DNA from: Armatimonadota bacterium
GTDB taxonomy: Bacteria; Armatimonadota; UBA5829; DTJY01
Length of the DNA stretch: 64,000 nt
Direction: 5' to 3'
Assembly: GCA_017993055.1 (NCBI GenBank)
Contig: JAGONM010000007.1
Coordinates: 50,960 to 114,959, forward strand
Below the pieces are notes generated by a model. It was given only the letters and a program-made list of their open reading frames with translations, ran no database searches and was not told where the DNA came from. Below are positions 36,122 to 45,595 of the stretch, piece by piece. Each line of letters begins with the position of its first letter. Positions within the stretch are counted from its first letter, which is position 1. The translations under genes and the position numbers were made by a program.

Positions 36122-38242
36122 ATGCGACGACGTCTGCAACTCACTCTGATCGCAACGGCTCTCGCCGCTCAGGGCATATCCGCACTCGGAGGAGACATGA
36201 CCGGCAATACGGTTGACTGTCTGTTGAACGGTTTGAGAATAAGCCTGGACGCGCGCACCGGGAGCATCGTGCGGCTCGCATACCCCGGAGTCGGCGAAAT
36301 GCTCAAGTCCGCGCCGGAGCATGCCGCAATCATTGACATGGCCTACCCCGTCAAGGCCTTCGCTCCGCTGAGACTCGCGTCACGCTTTTCATCCGACGCG
36401 AAGATTGATGTCACCGACAACACGGTCACGATCTCGTGGTCGGCTCTGGGCGCCAGTCGAAAGGCCTTTCCGGTCGAGGGCAGCGTCTCCGCCGTCGTTA
36501 CGCTGAGAGCCGATCCGGACGGACGCAGTGTGGTGATGTCGTGCCGGGTGTTGAACTCATCGAAGAACGAGATTCGGCAGGTGTTGTTCCCTGACTTCGC
36601 GGGGATTCAGCCGTTCGCCGGAGTGCATCAGACCTACTTCCGCACGTGCGGGTTCAACAGCCTGCCGTTCCGCGATCTCGCGCCGAACGAGGGAACGAGG
36701 AGCCTGCAGTACATGCTGGACGCGGCCGCAAACCAGGTGGAATACCAGTCGGGCGGGATGTTCAACCCGATGTGGCTCCGGTGGATGGACCTCGGCGGAC
36801 TCAAGGGCGGGGTCAGTCTCTTCCCCAGGCGCTGGGGATGGGACCCGCACATCCCGGTCCGCCTGCACCTATCCGAGGACGACGGCTCTCTGCGCTTGCT
36901 GGCGAGGCACGATGCGACTATCAAAGAGGGTGAGACCTGGGAGAGCGGCGAGTATGTGCTGACCCCGCACCAGGGCGGATGGGCGAAGGGAATCGAGCCG
37001 TACCGCGAGTGGGTCAGACAGCACTACTTCAGGGAGTTCCCGGTCCCGAAGCATGTTAGAGAGGGGCTGGGATTCCGCACGGTCTGGATGTGCGAGCTCT
37101 ACCCGGAGGATCCCGAAGACGTCATCTTCAAGTGGAGCGACATGCCGAAGGTGGCGAAGGACAGCAGAGAGCACGGCATAGACGAGATGGTCGTCTGGGC
37201 ATGGACGGACGGTTTCGTGCTTCCTATCCGCCCGCCGTTCAAGCACCTGGGCACTCAGGAGGACATGGCGGCAGCGGTGAAGGAGTGCAAGGCCTTGGGC
37301 GTGAATGTCGTGCCGTTCATCAGCGTCGTGCAGGCAAACGCGGAGGAAGCTCCCAAGTACGGGCTGAAGGTTACGGACAACAACGGGTGGACGTATCACA
37401 CCGAGCTCATCCCGCGCTGGAACCCTCCGTATGCCACCGCTTACGCCTGTGTCGGCATCCCCGTGACGAACGAGTTGTGGCGCAGGGATGTGCTCGCATC
37501 GCTGAAAAACCTGACGGACCAGGGCATTCCCTCGGTTGGGTGGGACCAGTTCTGGACTGTGAACAAGGACGCGAACACGCACAGCCTGACGAAAGAGATA
37601 CGAGCTTACGCCAGCGCAAGGGATCCCGAAGCGACGTTCTGCGGCGAGGAGCTGTGGAACATGGAGCCCGACAGCGCCTATCTGGACTACACCTGGAACT
37701 GGGGCGGATACCGGGACTGCCGGGGCTTCACAAATGCGTTCCCGGCTCCGCGGATCAACAGCTGTATCACGGATTCCGCGCTCACTGTGAAGCAGTGCTT
37801 CGCGGACAACCTATACCTGAACCTTTCGCCGCGCAAGAAGGGGTCCACGAACGCATCGGGATACATCGGGGACAGCGAGGCGATGAGCAAGGCTCTCAAG
37901 CAGTGCGCGGCGCTGAGGAAGAAGTTCCTTCCGTACTTCACAGATGGCGTTCTGATCGGAGAGTGCCTGCTCACCGAACCGTGCCCGCAGGCGTTTGTCT
38001 GCTCCTACGTGCTGAAGGACAGGGCGCTTATGATCTTGATCAATCAGGGGGGCAAGCAGAGCATCGGGTTCGACTGCGACCTCACACCGTGGATAGCGTC
38101 GGAGTCGCGAGCGTACACCGCCAGATCGTACGACGGCGACGGAGCGCGGATCTCGACGACGGACGTCAAGTCCCAGTGGCACGGTGAGACCCGCATCCTC
38201 GAGCCGGAGGAGATGGTCATATATGAGTTCAGAGCGCGCTAG
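36122..38242 (+). CDS. secreted hypothetical protein, possibly a glycoside hydrolase (TIM-barrel-like central region)
   Basis: Signal peptide. The ATG lies 1 nt after the proS stop. Good GC3 bias. No motif I can assign with confidence. Confidence 0.45.
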   Translation: MRRRLQLTLIATALAAQGISALGGDMTGNTVDCLLNGLRISLDARTGSIVRLAYPGVGEMLKSAPEHAAIIDMAYPVKAFAPLRLASRFSSDAKIDVTDNTVTISWSALGASRKAFPVEGSVSAVVTLRADPDGRSVVMSCRVLNSSKNEIRQVLFPDFAGIQPFAGVHQTYFRTCGFNSLPFRDLAPNEGTRSLQYMLDAAANQVEYQSGGMFNPMWLRWMDLGGLKGGVSLFPRRWGWDPHIPVRLHLSEDDGSLRLLARHDATIKEGETWESGEYVLTPHQGGWAKGIEPYREWVRQHYFREFPVPKHVREGLGFRTVWMCELYPEDPEDVIFKWSDMPKVAKDSREHGIDEMVVWAWTDGFVLPIRPPFKHLGTQEDMAAAVKECKALGVNVVPFISVVQANAEEAPKYGLKVTDNNGWTYHTELIPRWNPPYATAYACVGIPVTNELWRRDVLASLKNLTDQGIPSVGWDQFWTVNKDANTHSLTKEIRAYASARDPEATFCGEELWNMEPDSAYLDYTWNWGGYRDCRGFTNAFPAPRINSCITDSALTVKQCFADNLYLNLSPRKKGSTNASGYIGDSEAMSKALKQCAALRKKFLPYFTDGVLIGECLLTEPCPQAFVCSYVLKDRALMILINQGGKQSIGFDCDLTPWIASESRAYTARSYDGDGARISTTDVKSQWHGETRILEPEEMVIYEFRAR

Positions 38243-38335
38243 TCAGCAGATTCAGAATGCGCTGACGGCGGAGGCCATCCCGGCAGCCGATGTCATGACA
38301 GATGTCATAGCTTCCCATCCGGAGGGGGTAACCGA

Positions 38336-39274
38336 GTGGAGGCACTCGTAATCGGTGGGACCGGCCATATCGGTACATTCCTGACCCAACAGCTTGCCGA
38401 CGCGGATTGGAAGGTCACCGTCGTGTCTTCCGGCCGCCGAGCGGTGGACAAGAAGTCGTTTCCTGCGGCGTCCGAGTTCGTGACGCTGCACTACGAGCGC
38501 ATGCTCGCCGATGGAAGTTTCGCGAACCTCCTCGCCAAACACAGGCCGCATGCCGTCGTTGACATCCTGCAAACCGACGCGCCCGGAGTATACTCCGCAT
38601 GCAGGGAGGCCGGCGTGTGCCACCTCGTCTTCTGCGGCTCCCTGTGGATGTTCGGGCCTCCGAAAGTGGTGCCGACGCCGGAGGTCCGGCAGACCGAGTG
38701 TCGGTTCGAGGGCTACAGAAGACGCTTCGAGCAACTGCAGGAGACCGTGGGAAGATCTGACAAGACGCTCGCCGTCAGCGCGGTGATGCCGCCTAACATC
38801 TGCGGACCCGGAAAGATCCCGCTTGACGGGAAGGGCGGACGCTCGATCGAGGTGCATCGAGAGCACCGGCGAGGGCTCGAGGTCTGTCTGCCGTTCCCAG
38901 GGACCAATCTGATCGGCCCGTGCGATGTCGAGGACGTTGCCCAGGGCTTCGCGCGCGTCCTGAGCGACCGGGATACATCCGCAGGCGAGGTTTTCAACGT
39001 GGGGGCCGCCTACGCGTTGACCGCCGAGCAGTTCGTCAATACCTATGCGGATATCTACGGGGTGCGAATACCCATCAGATATGTTGATCCGGGCGACTTC
39101 ACCCGCGACGTCCTCCCCGACCTGGGGGCAAACTACCACTTTCTGCAGCATATGTGTCCGGACATTCGGAAGATCATCGCTCACCTTGGATACGCCCCCG
39201 CGTACACGCCGGAGGAATCGATGGAGCGGGCCGTGAAGTGGATGTCCGACGCACGGCCCGACCTGATATCGTGA
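38336..39274 (+). CDS. NAD-dependent epimerase/dehydratase (extended SDR) family protein
   Basis: VIGGTGHIGTFL Rossmann motif. GTG start with GGAGGGGG RBS. Confidence 0.7.
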   Translation: MEALVIGGTGHIGTFLTQQLADADWKVTVVSSGRRAVDKKSFPAASEFVTLHYERMLADGSFANLLAKHRPHAVVDILQTDAPGVYSACREAGVCHLVFCGSLWMFGPPKVVPTPEVRQTECRFEGYRRRFEQLQETVGRSDKTLAVSAVMPPNICGPGKIPLDGKGGRSIEVHREHRRGLEVCLPFPGTNLIGPCDVEDVAQGFARVLSDRDTSAGEVFNVGAAYALTAEQFVNTYADIYGVRIPIRYVDPGDFTRDVLPDLGANYHFLQHMCPDIRKIIAHLGYAPAYTPEESMERAVKWMSDARPDLIS

Positions 39275-39311
39275 CGGGTTATTCAACAAAGACAACAAAG
39301 GAGTCCATGGC

Positions 39312-40181
39312 ATGAAAATCGGAGTGAGTTCATACAGTTGGTCGAGATACCTCAGAGAGGGTAAGTTCGACATCTTCGGCGCGATCGAGGCGACCGCCGA
39401 GTTGGGATTCGACGGCATCGAGTTCTCCGGCCTGAACGCCCCTGAGGGCACGATCGACCTGATCGGGTTCGCGGGCAAGATCAAGGCCGCGTGCGCCAAA
39501 GCCGGTCTGCCGATCATCAGCTACACCATCGGCGCGGATTTCATCAACGCCGAGGGCGGCTGTGACGCTCAGATCGAGAAACTGAAGGGAGAGGTGGATA
39601 TCGCCGTCGCGCTCGGCGCTCCCCGGATGCGCCACGATGCGACCAGCGGCTTCGGGCCGGAGCGCCTGAGCCTGGGCGATTTTCTGTTGGCGCTCCCGAT
39701 CCTCGAGAAGGGGTGCCGCGCCGTGACCGAGTACGCGGCGGCCAGGGGCGTCAAGACGATGGTCGAGAATCATGGGCGCTTCGTGCAGGACAGCGAACGG
39801 TGCGAACTGCTGATGAAGACCGTCAACCACCCGAACTTCGGCGCACTCTTGGACCTCGGCAACTTCATCTGCGCGGACGACGATCCGGTGCGCGCGACCA
39901 GGCGGATGGCCCCATATGCCTTCCACGTCCATGCGAAGGATTTCCACCGCAAGCCGGGATGCGCCGACCCGGGCCAGGGATGGGGGCGCTCACGAGGCGG
40001 CGATCTCTATCGGGGCTCGATCATCGGGCACGGGAACGTCGACGTCCCGGCGTGCGTGAAGATCATCAAGGATTCGGGCTACGACGGCTTCCTCTCCATC
40101 GAGTTCGAGGGCATGGAAGACAACCGCCTCGCCCTCGAGATCGGTCTGGCGAACCTGAGGAGATACGCTGAGAACGCCTGA
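39312..40181 (+). CDS. sugar phosphate isomerase/epimerase (xylose isomerase-like TIM barrel)
   Basis: GFDGIEF, MVENH, FHVHAKD and LSIEFEG are typical of the AP-endonuclease-2 / xylose-isomerase-like TIM family. Confidence 0.75.
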   Translation: MKIGVSSYSWSRYLREGKFDIFGAIEATAELGFDGIEFSGLNAPEGTIDLIGFAGKIKAACAKAGLPIISYTIGADFINAEGGCDAQIEKLKGEVDIAVALGAPRMRHDATSGFGPERLSLGDFLLALPILEKGCRAVTEYAAARGVKTMVENHGRFVQDSERCELLMKTVNHPNFGALLDLGNFICADDDPVRATRRMAPYAFHVHAKDFHRKPGCADPGQGWGRSRGGDLYRGSIIGHGNVDVPACVKIIKDSGYDGFLSIEFEGMEDNRLALEIGLANLRRYAENA

Positions 40182-40187
40182 CGAGGC

Positions 40188-41366
40188 ATGGGGATATGGG
40201 AGCAGCATCAAGAGATGGATAGAGCCTCTATCTATGTCCATATCCCCTTCTGCGTGCGGAAGTGCTTGTACTGCGACTTTGCTTCCTATGAGGGCAAGAG
40301 GCCACTTTTTGAACCTTATGTGCAGGCACTTCTCTGCGAAACCCGTCTGGCCGCCGAGCGGCATCTTGGTATGCGCATACCCACTATCTACTTCGGCGGA
40401 GGTACGCCGAACGTGTGCTCCCCGAACCTGCTTGCTTCCATGCTTGACGAGATCCGGCTCGGCTTCATGGTGGATGCGGATGCGGAGATCTCCTGCGAGG
40501 CGAATCCCGGAGTCACCCCTCACCCCCGACCCCTCTCCGCCAAGGCGCGAGGGGAGTTCCCGGGGCTCCGAGAAGCCGGTTTCAATCGCGTCAGCATCGG
40601 GGTGCAGTCGCTTCATGACAACGAACTGCAGCGACTGGGACGGGTGCATACAGCGGAGCAGGCGGTCGAGGCGTTCCATGAGGTGCGGGCAGCGGGGTTC
40701 GAGAACGTCAGCGTTGATCTGATGTACGGCATTCCGGGCCAGACGCGGGAGTCCTGGCGGGAGACCCTCGGTCAGGTGATCGGCCTCGGGCCGGAGCACG
40801 TGTCGCTCTACTCGCTCACGGTCGAGGAGGGCACCCCGTTCCACCGGATGCAGTGCGAGGGACGGCTGGAACTGCCGGGGAACGACATCGAGGCCACCAT
40901 GTATGAGGATGCGATCGAGATTCTCACCGCCGCCGGGTTTGTCCACTACGAGATCTCCAACTTCGCGAGGCCGGGCTTCGAGTGCCGGCACAACATTACC
41001 TACTGGCGGAACGAGCCGTACCTCGGCTTCGGAGCGGCGGCGACCTCTTACATCGGGGGCGCACGGGCCACTAGCGTCGCCGACGCTGAGGAGTACGTCC
41101 GCCGGGTAGAGGCCGGGGAGAGCGCGACCGAATCCGAGGAGTGTCTCACCGGTCGGAAGAAGATGGGCGAGACGATGTTCCTCGGTTTGAGGATGATCCA
41201 AGGCGTGGACCGCCAGAACGCCAGGTACGCCAGGGCGGAGAGGGCCTTTGCACCGGAGATCCAGAGATTGATGGAGCGGGGGCTACTGGAGAGCGCGGAC
41301 GGGTTCCTGAGGCTCACGCGCAGGGGGCTCTTCCTGGCGAATGACGCCTTCGCGGAGTTCGTCTGA
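40188..41366 (+). CDS. hemW: radical SAM heme chaperone HemW (HemN-like)
   Basis: HIPFCVRKCLYCDF (CxxxCxxC), YFGGGTP, NRVSIGVQS and a C-terminal HemN_C-like domain. Confidence 0.85.
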   Translation: MGIWEQHQEMDRASIYVHIPFCVRKCLYCDFASYEGKRPLFEPYVQALLCETRLAAERHLGMRIPTIYFGGGTPNVCSPNLLASMLDEIRLGFMVDADAEISCEANPGVTPHPRPLSAKARGEFPGLREAGFNRVSIGVQSLHDNELQRLGRVHTAEQAVEAFHEVRAAGFENVSVDLMYGIPGQTRESWRETLGQVIGLGPEHVSLYSLTVEEGTPFHRMQCEGRLELPGNDIEATMYEDAIEILTAAGFVHYEISNFARPGFECRHNITYWRNEPYLGFGAAATSYIGGARATSVADAEEYVRRVEAGESATESEECLTGRKKMGETMFLGLRMIQGVDRQNARYARAERAFAPEIQRLMERGLLESADGFLRLTRRGLFLANDAFAEFV

Positions 41367-41378
41367 TCCGGGGCAAGA

Positions 41379-44300
41379 CTACTTCGCCTTGCTCTCGTCG
41401 TCCCTGCGAAGCACCGTGACCCCATACGGCTCGACCCTCACGCCCTTGATCACCGCGCTCCCGTCGGCATTCCGCAGAACGGTTGCCCCCTCGAAGCCGC
41501 TCACACTCAGCTTCTTGACGCTGAGGTCAAAATCGGTACGCTTGCCGAACCGCTCCTTCACGAGGATCATCGAAGAGTCGTCGGCGATGTAGACCCCGAC
41601 GTTGTCCGGCGCGGAGATCGCGGGCTCTATACCGGCGAGCAGCAGCATTCCCTCGAAGAGAGGAGCGATCGCGTTGTACGGCTCCTGCTCCTTCTCCTTG
41701 CCCCAGACAGCATCGTAGGCCATCCCGAGGTAGAAACCGCACGAATACACCGGGTTGCCGTTGATGACATTCCGCACGACGACCGGATTGCCGTCGAGTT
41801 CGAGGACGGACTCTACCGGCGGCGTCACTGAGTCAAATAGACCGATCTCGCCGTTGTCCGGGAACTGAAGCGGAAGCGCCTGACCCTTGAACGCCTTGCC
41901 GAAGTATCTCGCGAACTGCATCTCGACCGCGCCGGAAGTGGGGATCCGGCGGCTGAACCCAGCCACCCCGGTCAGCCGGACGAAGTTCGGGTAGACCGAC
42001 TCCGGCGAACACGGGTTGAAATAGGCGTCCTGGTCCTGATAGAGCCCTAGGCAGAGCCCTCGACGGCCCGCGGCGCGCGGATCTGACAGCCAGTCGCCGA
42101 GCATCTGCCAGGTGTTAGCACTCAGCATCTGGTTCTGCGCAGGTACGAAGATGAAGCTATACTTGCTCAGGTTGATCTTGCCCGTATCGAATCCGCCCGG
42201 GCTGACGTCCGAGTCGGGCAGTATGTCGAAGGGGATGTGCAGTTGGCACAGGATACTCGCCAGGTAACGGACGTTTCCGTAGTCAACGCCGGGGCTCATG
42301 CCGAATATCGCGTCTCGGTTCCGGAGGATGAGAACCCTGGCGTTGGGGTTGAATGTGAACGGCACGCCCTCGATCTGCCTCAGGAAGAGGCCGAGCGCAC
42401 CGAGCGTCTCGAGGTCATAGGCTTCCGGTTGGTCGAAGGTTCGACCGGCGATGAGGTTCCAGTCGTAGCTCTGGAAGAACGCGCCCCCTCCGCCCACTAT
42501 GTCCGTCAGCCACCAGGGATAGTAGGCGCGGACGCCCTCGCGGCTCTTGCCGCCGCCGCCCTCGCCGCACGCGAACCCCTTGGCGGAGCCGACCGGTATG
42601 TACGGCCCGTAGGACGCCACGTTCTGCACGTACTCCCTGCACGAGGCCCAGTGGGGCACGCCGGAGGGATCGAACCCGTGATCGTGCTGGCCGACGCCGA
42701 TCAAATCCCATCTGAGCCGCGCGCGGTCGAATGAGACGATAGAATGCCAAGACGGCATGAAGTCGAACGGATCGCAGTAGTAGAGGAGGTGATTCGGATC
42801 GGCCTCGCGCAGGGAGTCGGCCAGCGAGTTGAGCCGACTGATGATCAGACCCTCCCTCATGCGGCCGAAGTCAATCCACATCGGGTCGCGGACGAGGTTC
42901 TGCTGAGATGTCGGCATGTCCGCCAGCGGCGCATACGGCGGGTCAGGCGAATGGTAGTAGTCGAACAGCGGCAGCCGAACGTCCTCGAAGGAAGCCCAGG
43001 AGTCGAAAGCGCCCTTGACGAACGGGTACTCCGGCCACATGACCTCCCGCCCTTCAACGGTCCGCTTCGCCCACAGGGAGCGGTCGTCGGTCCTGTAGCC
43101 GTATCTCCAGGCGCGCTTCAGGCCGGATATCGTCCCGTAGTCGCGGCGCAGGAATCCCTTGTACCGCTCCAGCATCGCAGGCTCGTCGAGACAGGTATCG
43201 AAGAGCAGGTCCTCCTCGCCGACCATGACCGCGATGATGACTGTGCGGTTGCGGTAGTAGCGCATGATCTTCGCGTAGGCGTCCCTGGTCGCATCCCACA
43301 GTTCATCGTGGAGCAGGATCTTCCCGCGATACTGGGGTGGAACGACCTCAGGGTGCAGCCCCCAGTAGAACGACGGCTCGACGTTCACGTAGAGACCGTG
43401 GGCCTGCGCCCGATCGAGGAAGTAGTCGTAGATCTCGTAGACGTACCTGAAGTACGGCAGCCTGTCGCCGTGCGGCTGTTTCTCGACCTCCTTCCACGTG
43501 CCGTCGGTGTTCAGCAACTCACTCCAGTTCCAGAACCTCGGTTGGACGTTGATGTTTGCCGCCTTCATGGCGGTGAAGTCCTTCTCAAGGAGATCGTAAT
43601 CGTACTCGGGTATGTTGATGATCCACCCGCCGTCCTGCTTCGGCTGGCTGTAGATCGTGAAGAACGGGCGGAAGACCTGCCGGTCGCGCTCTAGGAGGCC
43701 GGTCTTCGGACTGAGCTTGACGAACCCCCTGAAGAGTTCCGCGTACTCCGGCGAGAGATACTCGGCCTTGAACTCCGAAAACTGAGGGTGTCGCCCGGGG
43801 TCCGTCACTGCGGCCATGTTCAACCTCCGCTCGGTCAACCGCGCCTGCAGGCTCTCCCACGGCTCAGGCAGCACGAAGCCCCACGGGCTCGTGGGATAAC
43901 CGCCGATGACGCGAACCGGCTGCCAGGAGGAATCGTCGAAGCGAAAGCCGTTCCATCCGTCCGGCGCTTCGGGGATCGAGCGCCAGGTCTCATCCGAGGC
44001 GAAGTCGGCGGCAGTGCCATCGTCGAATCGGACGACGACGCGGCAGATGAGGCCCGCCGAACCGCCGGTATCGGAAGTCCTGACCGCGATGACCGAGTTC
44101 TCGCGCGCGGTGGGCGGGTTGACCTCGTACCGCTGAGGGGATCGCCAGTCGCTGCCGGAGCCGATCATGCGGCTGTTGACCCACAGCTCATAGGAATCGT
44201 CGGCGGTGATAAGGATATCGAACGCCGTGACGGGCTTGTCGAACGTGACGGCCTTGCGGAGATACGCGTTCCCGGAGTCCGGATGCCTGATCCACTTGGC

Positions 44301-44408
44301 GCCGTCGAAGTCCCTGCCGGGCGATTGGCAGTACGCCTGGCCGCAGACAGCGATCAGGATGAGTGATACGAGCAGCAACCGGGCAGCGAACTTAGAGACC
44401 AAGACCAT
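41379..44408 (-). CDS. large secreted glycoside-hydrolase-like protein with an N-terminal galactose-binding-like domain
   Basis: Signal peptide MVLVSKFAARLLLVSLILIAVCG (start at ATG 44408 or TTG 44402). N-terminal pattern AKWIRHP..YLRK.F....A.DILITADDSYELWVN as in rhamnosidase-N/CBM-like domains. The central region looks like a GH42/beta-galactosidase-like TIM barrel. The upstream 100 codons of the ORF track are rejected. Confidence 0.45.
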   Translation of the reverse strand: MVLVSKFAARLLLVSLILIAVCGQAYCQSPGRDFDGAKWIRHPDSGNAYLRKAVTFDKPVTAFDILITADDSYELWVNSRMIGSGSDWRSPQRYEVNPPTARENSVIAVRTSDTGGSAGLICRVVVRFDDGTAADFASDETWRSIPEAPDGWNGFRFDDSSWQPVRVIGGYPTSPWGFVLPEPWESLQARLTERRLNMAAVTDPGRHPQFSEFKAEYLSPEYAELFRGFVKLSPKTGLLERDRQVFRPFFTIYSQPKQDGGWIINIPEYDYDLLEKDFTAMKAANINVQPRFWNWSELLNTDGTWKEVEKQPHGDRLPYFRYVYEIYDYFLDRAQAHGLYVNVEPSFYWGLHPEVVPPQYRGKILLHDELWDATRDAYAKIMRYYRNRTVIIAVMVGEEDLLFDTCLDEPAMLERYKGFLRRDYGTISGLKRAWRYGYRTDDRSLWAKRTVEGREVMWPEYPFVKGAFDSWASFEDVRLPLFDYYHSPDPPYAPLADMPTSQQNLVRDPMWIDFGRMREGLIISRLNSLADSLREADPNHLLYYCDPFDFMPSWHSIVSFDRARLRWDLIGVGQHDHGFDPSGVPHWASCREYVQNVASYGPYIPVGSAKGFACGEGGGGKSREGVRAYYPWWLTDIVGGGGAFFQSYDWNLIAGRTFDQPEAYDLETLGALGLFLRQIEGVPFTFNPNARVLILRNRDAIFGMSPGVDYGNVRYLASILCQLHIPFDILPDSDVSPGGFDTGKINLSKYSFIFVPAQNQMLSANTWQMLGDWLSDPRAAGRRGLCLGLYQDQDAYFNPCSPESVYPNFVRLTGVAGFSRRIPTSGAVEMQFARYFGKAFKGQALPLQFPDNGEIGLFDSVTPPVESVLELDGNPVVVRNVINGNPVYSCGFYLGMAYDAVWGKEKEQEPYNAIAPLFEGMLLLAGIEPAISAPDNVGVYIADDSSMILVKERFGKRTDFDLSVKKLSVSGFEGATVLRNADGSAVIKGVRVEPYGVTVLRRDDESKAK

Positions 44409-44552
44409 CCTCCGGAGATGCGCCGCGTCACCGGGGGGACGGCGCGTCGTATATACAGTTATACGTCGGGAATCGGACTCCTGCACGTATGGTAGATACC
44501 CGGTTTCCGGCAAAGGAGTATGCATGGCAGCCGCCGAAAGTAAGATCGGTAT

Positions 44553-44582
44553 TTGATTGTAGGTTTGCAGAGGTTGTAAGCT
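44553..44582 (+). promoter_or_regulatory. candidate promoter for the membrane-protein gene
   Basis: TTGATT, 18-nt spacer, TAAGCT in an AT-richer divergent region. Confidence 0.35.
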
Positions 44583-44602
44583 CTGAGCCATCGGAGGTTT
44601 GC

Positions 44603-45595
44603 GTGAGAAGGCTTCCCCTGTTCCTGTTCGCGGTCGGTGCCGTGCTGCTGCCCGGCTCGGCGTGGTGCAATCCGGTGCCGGCAGGACCGCTTGATCTGCT
44701 GCCAGCAATCACCGTTTTCAATTACACAATCGATCTGTTCTTCATTATCCTGGCTCTACTCATTATCCGCCCGGCGGACAAGGTGCCGCTCTGGAAGGTG
44801 CTCAAGATCGCGTTCCTCGCCATGATCGCCGGACTCTGCGCGGATGCCATCGGAGCACTCGCCGCGGGATGGGTTGCTTATTCGGGAACCATCAGAGCTG
44901 CGGTCGGCGGCTTGACCGCATACGAGACCGATCTCATCGGGTTCGTGGGCATGGTCGCTTTTCCTGTTCCACTGATACTGGTGGCTAACTACGTCCTGGG
45001 ACGGATCGGCTTCCGGATGACCCGACGCGAGGCGCTCTGGTACGGGCTGATCATCGGGCTGGCCACCGCACCCATCACGTCCGCCGAACTGACATGGGCC
45101 GTGTACAGCGATGCGGGGGCAAGACTCATGGCGACCGCTCTGCTGGTCTTCGGGCTGGGTGACCTGATCCTGCTGCTGGTGCTCAGAAAGGGTAGGCGCG
45201 CGGGGCTCCCCGTGAAGCTCACTACCTTTGCATGCGCGCTCGTCCTGGTTGGGATTTCGATACCGATACGCGTGCATCAGGTCCGCACCGAGATCGAGTA
45301 TCTACCCGAGCAAGCATGCCACTCGCAACTCATGGCAATCCGTAGGGCGCTAGACAACTATGGCCGCGACAATCCGGACGAGTTGCCTGCGAGACTAGGG
45401 CTCCTCGTGCCGAAGTACGTGCCGAAGCCGGACCTCCTTCGCTGCCCCGTGCACAAGAGAGGCGAGGATGGGTCGGCGTACATCTACAGCCCACCCGAGG
45501 GAGAATCGCTGCTCAGTGAGATAATGAGCGTACACTGTCCGGCCCACGGCCATGAATTCCACGTGTCGGGTGCCGTGAAGCAGAACGGTCGCTAG
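44603..45595 (+). CDS. hypothetical polytopic membrane protein with a Cys/His-containing C-terminal domain
   Basis: GTG start 5 nt after the GGAGG at 44593-44597. Signal-like N-terminus, about 7 TM segments and a soluble C-terminal domain (ACHSQLMAIRRALDNYGRDNPDELP...CPVH...CPAHGHEF). Confidence 0.45.
   Translation: MRRLPLFLFAVGAVLLPGSAWCNPVPAGPLDLLPAITVFNYTIDLFFIILALLIIRPADKVPLWKVLKIAFLAMIAGLCADAIGALAAGWVAYSGTIRAAVGGLTAYETDLIGFVGMVAFPVPLILVANYVLGRIGFRMTRREALWYGLIIGLATAPITSAELTWAVYSDAGARLMATALLVFGLGDLILLLVLRKGRRAGLPVKLTTFACALVLVGISIPIRVHQVRTEIEYLPEQACHSQLMAIRRALDNYGRDNPDELPARLGLLVPKYVPKPDLLRCPVHKRGEDGSAYIYSPPEGESLLSEIMSVHCPAHGHEFHVSGAVKQNGR

Noticed and set aside
38291-38310. Perfect 10-bp palindrome TGTCATGACA followed by GATGTCAT upstream of the epimerase gene as an operator
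   Set aside because: It is a single short site with no second copy in the window and no adjacent regulator gene. It is noted but not supportable as a feature.
44409-44708. 100-codon N-terminal extension of the 1109-aa ORF
   Set aside because: It would run through the divergent promoter region and into the neighbouring gene. Met101 (or the TTG two codons later, 6 nt after GGAGG) yields a proper signal peptide.
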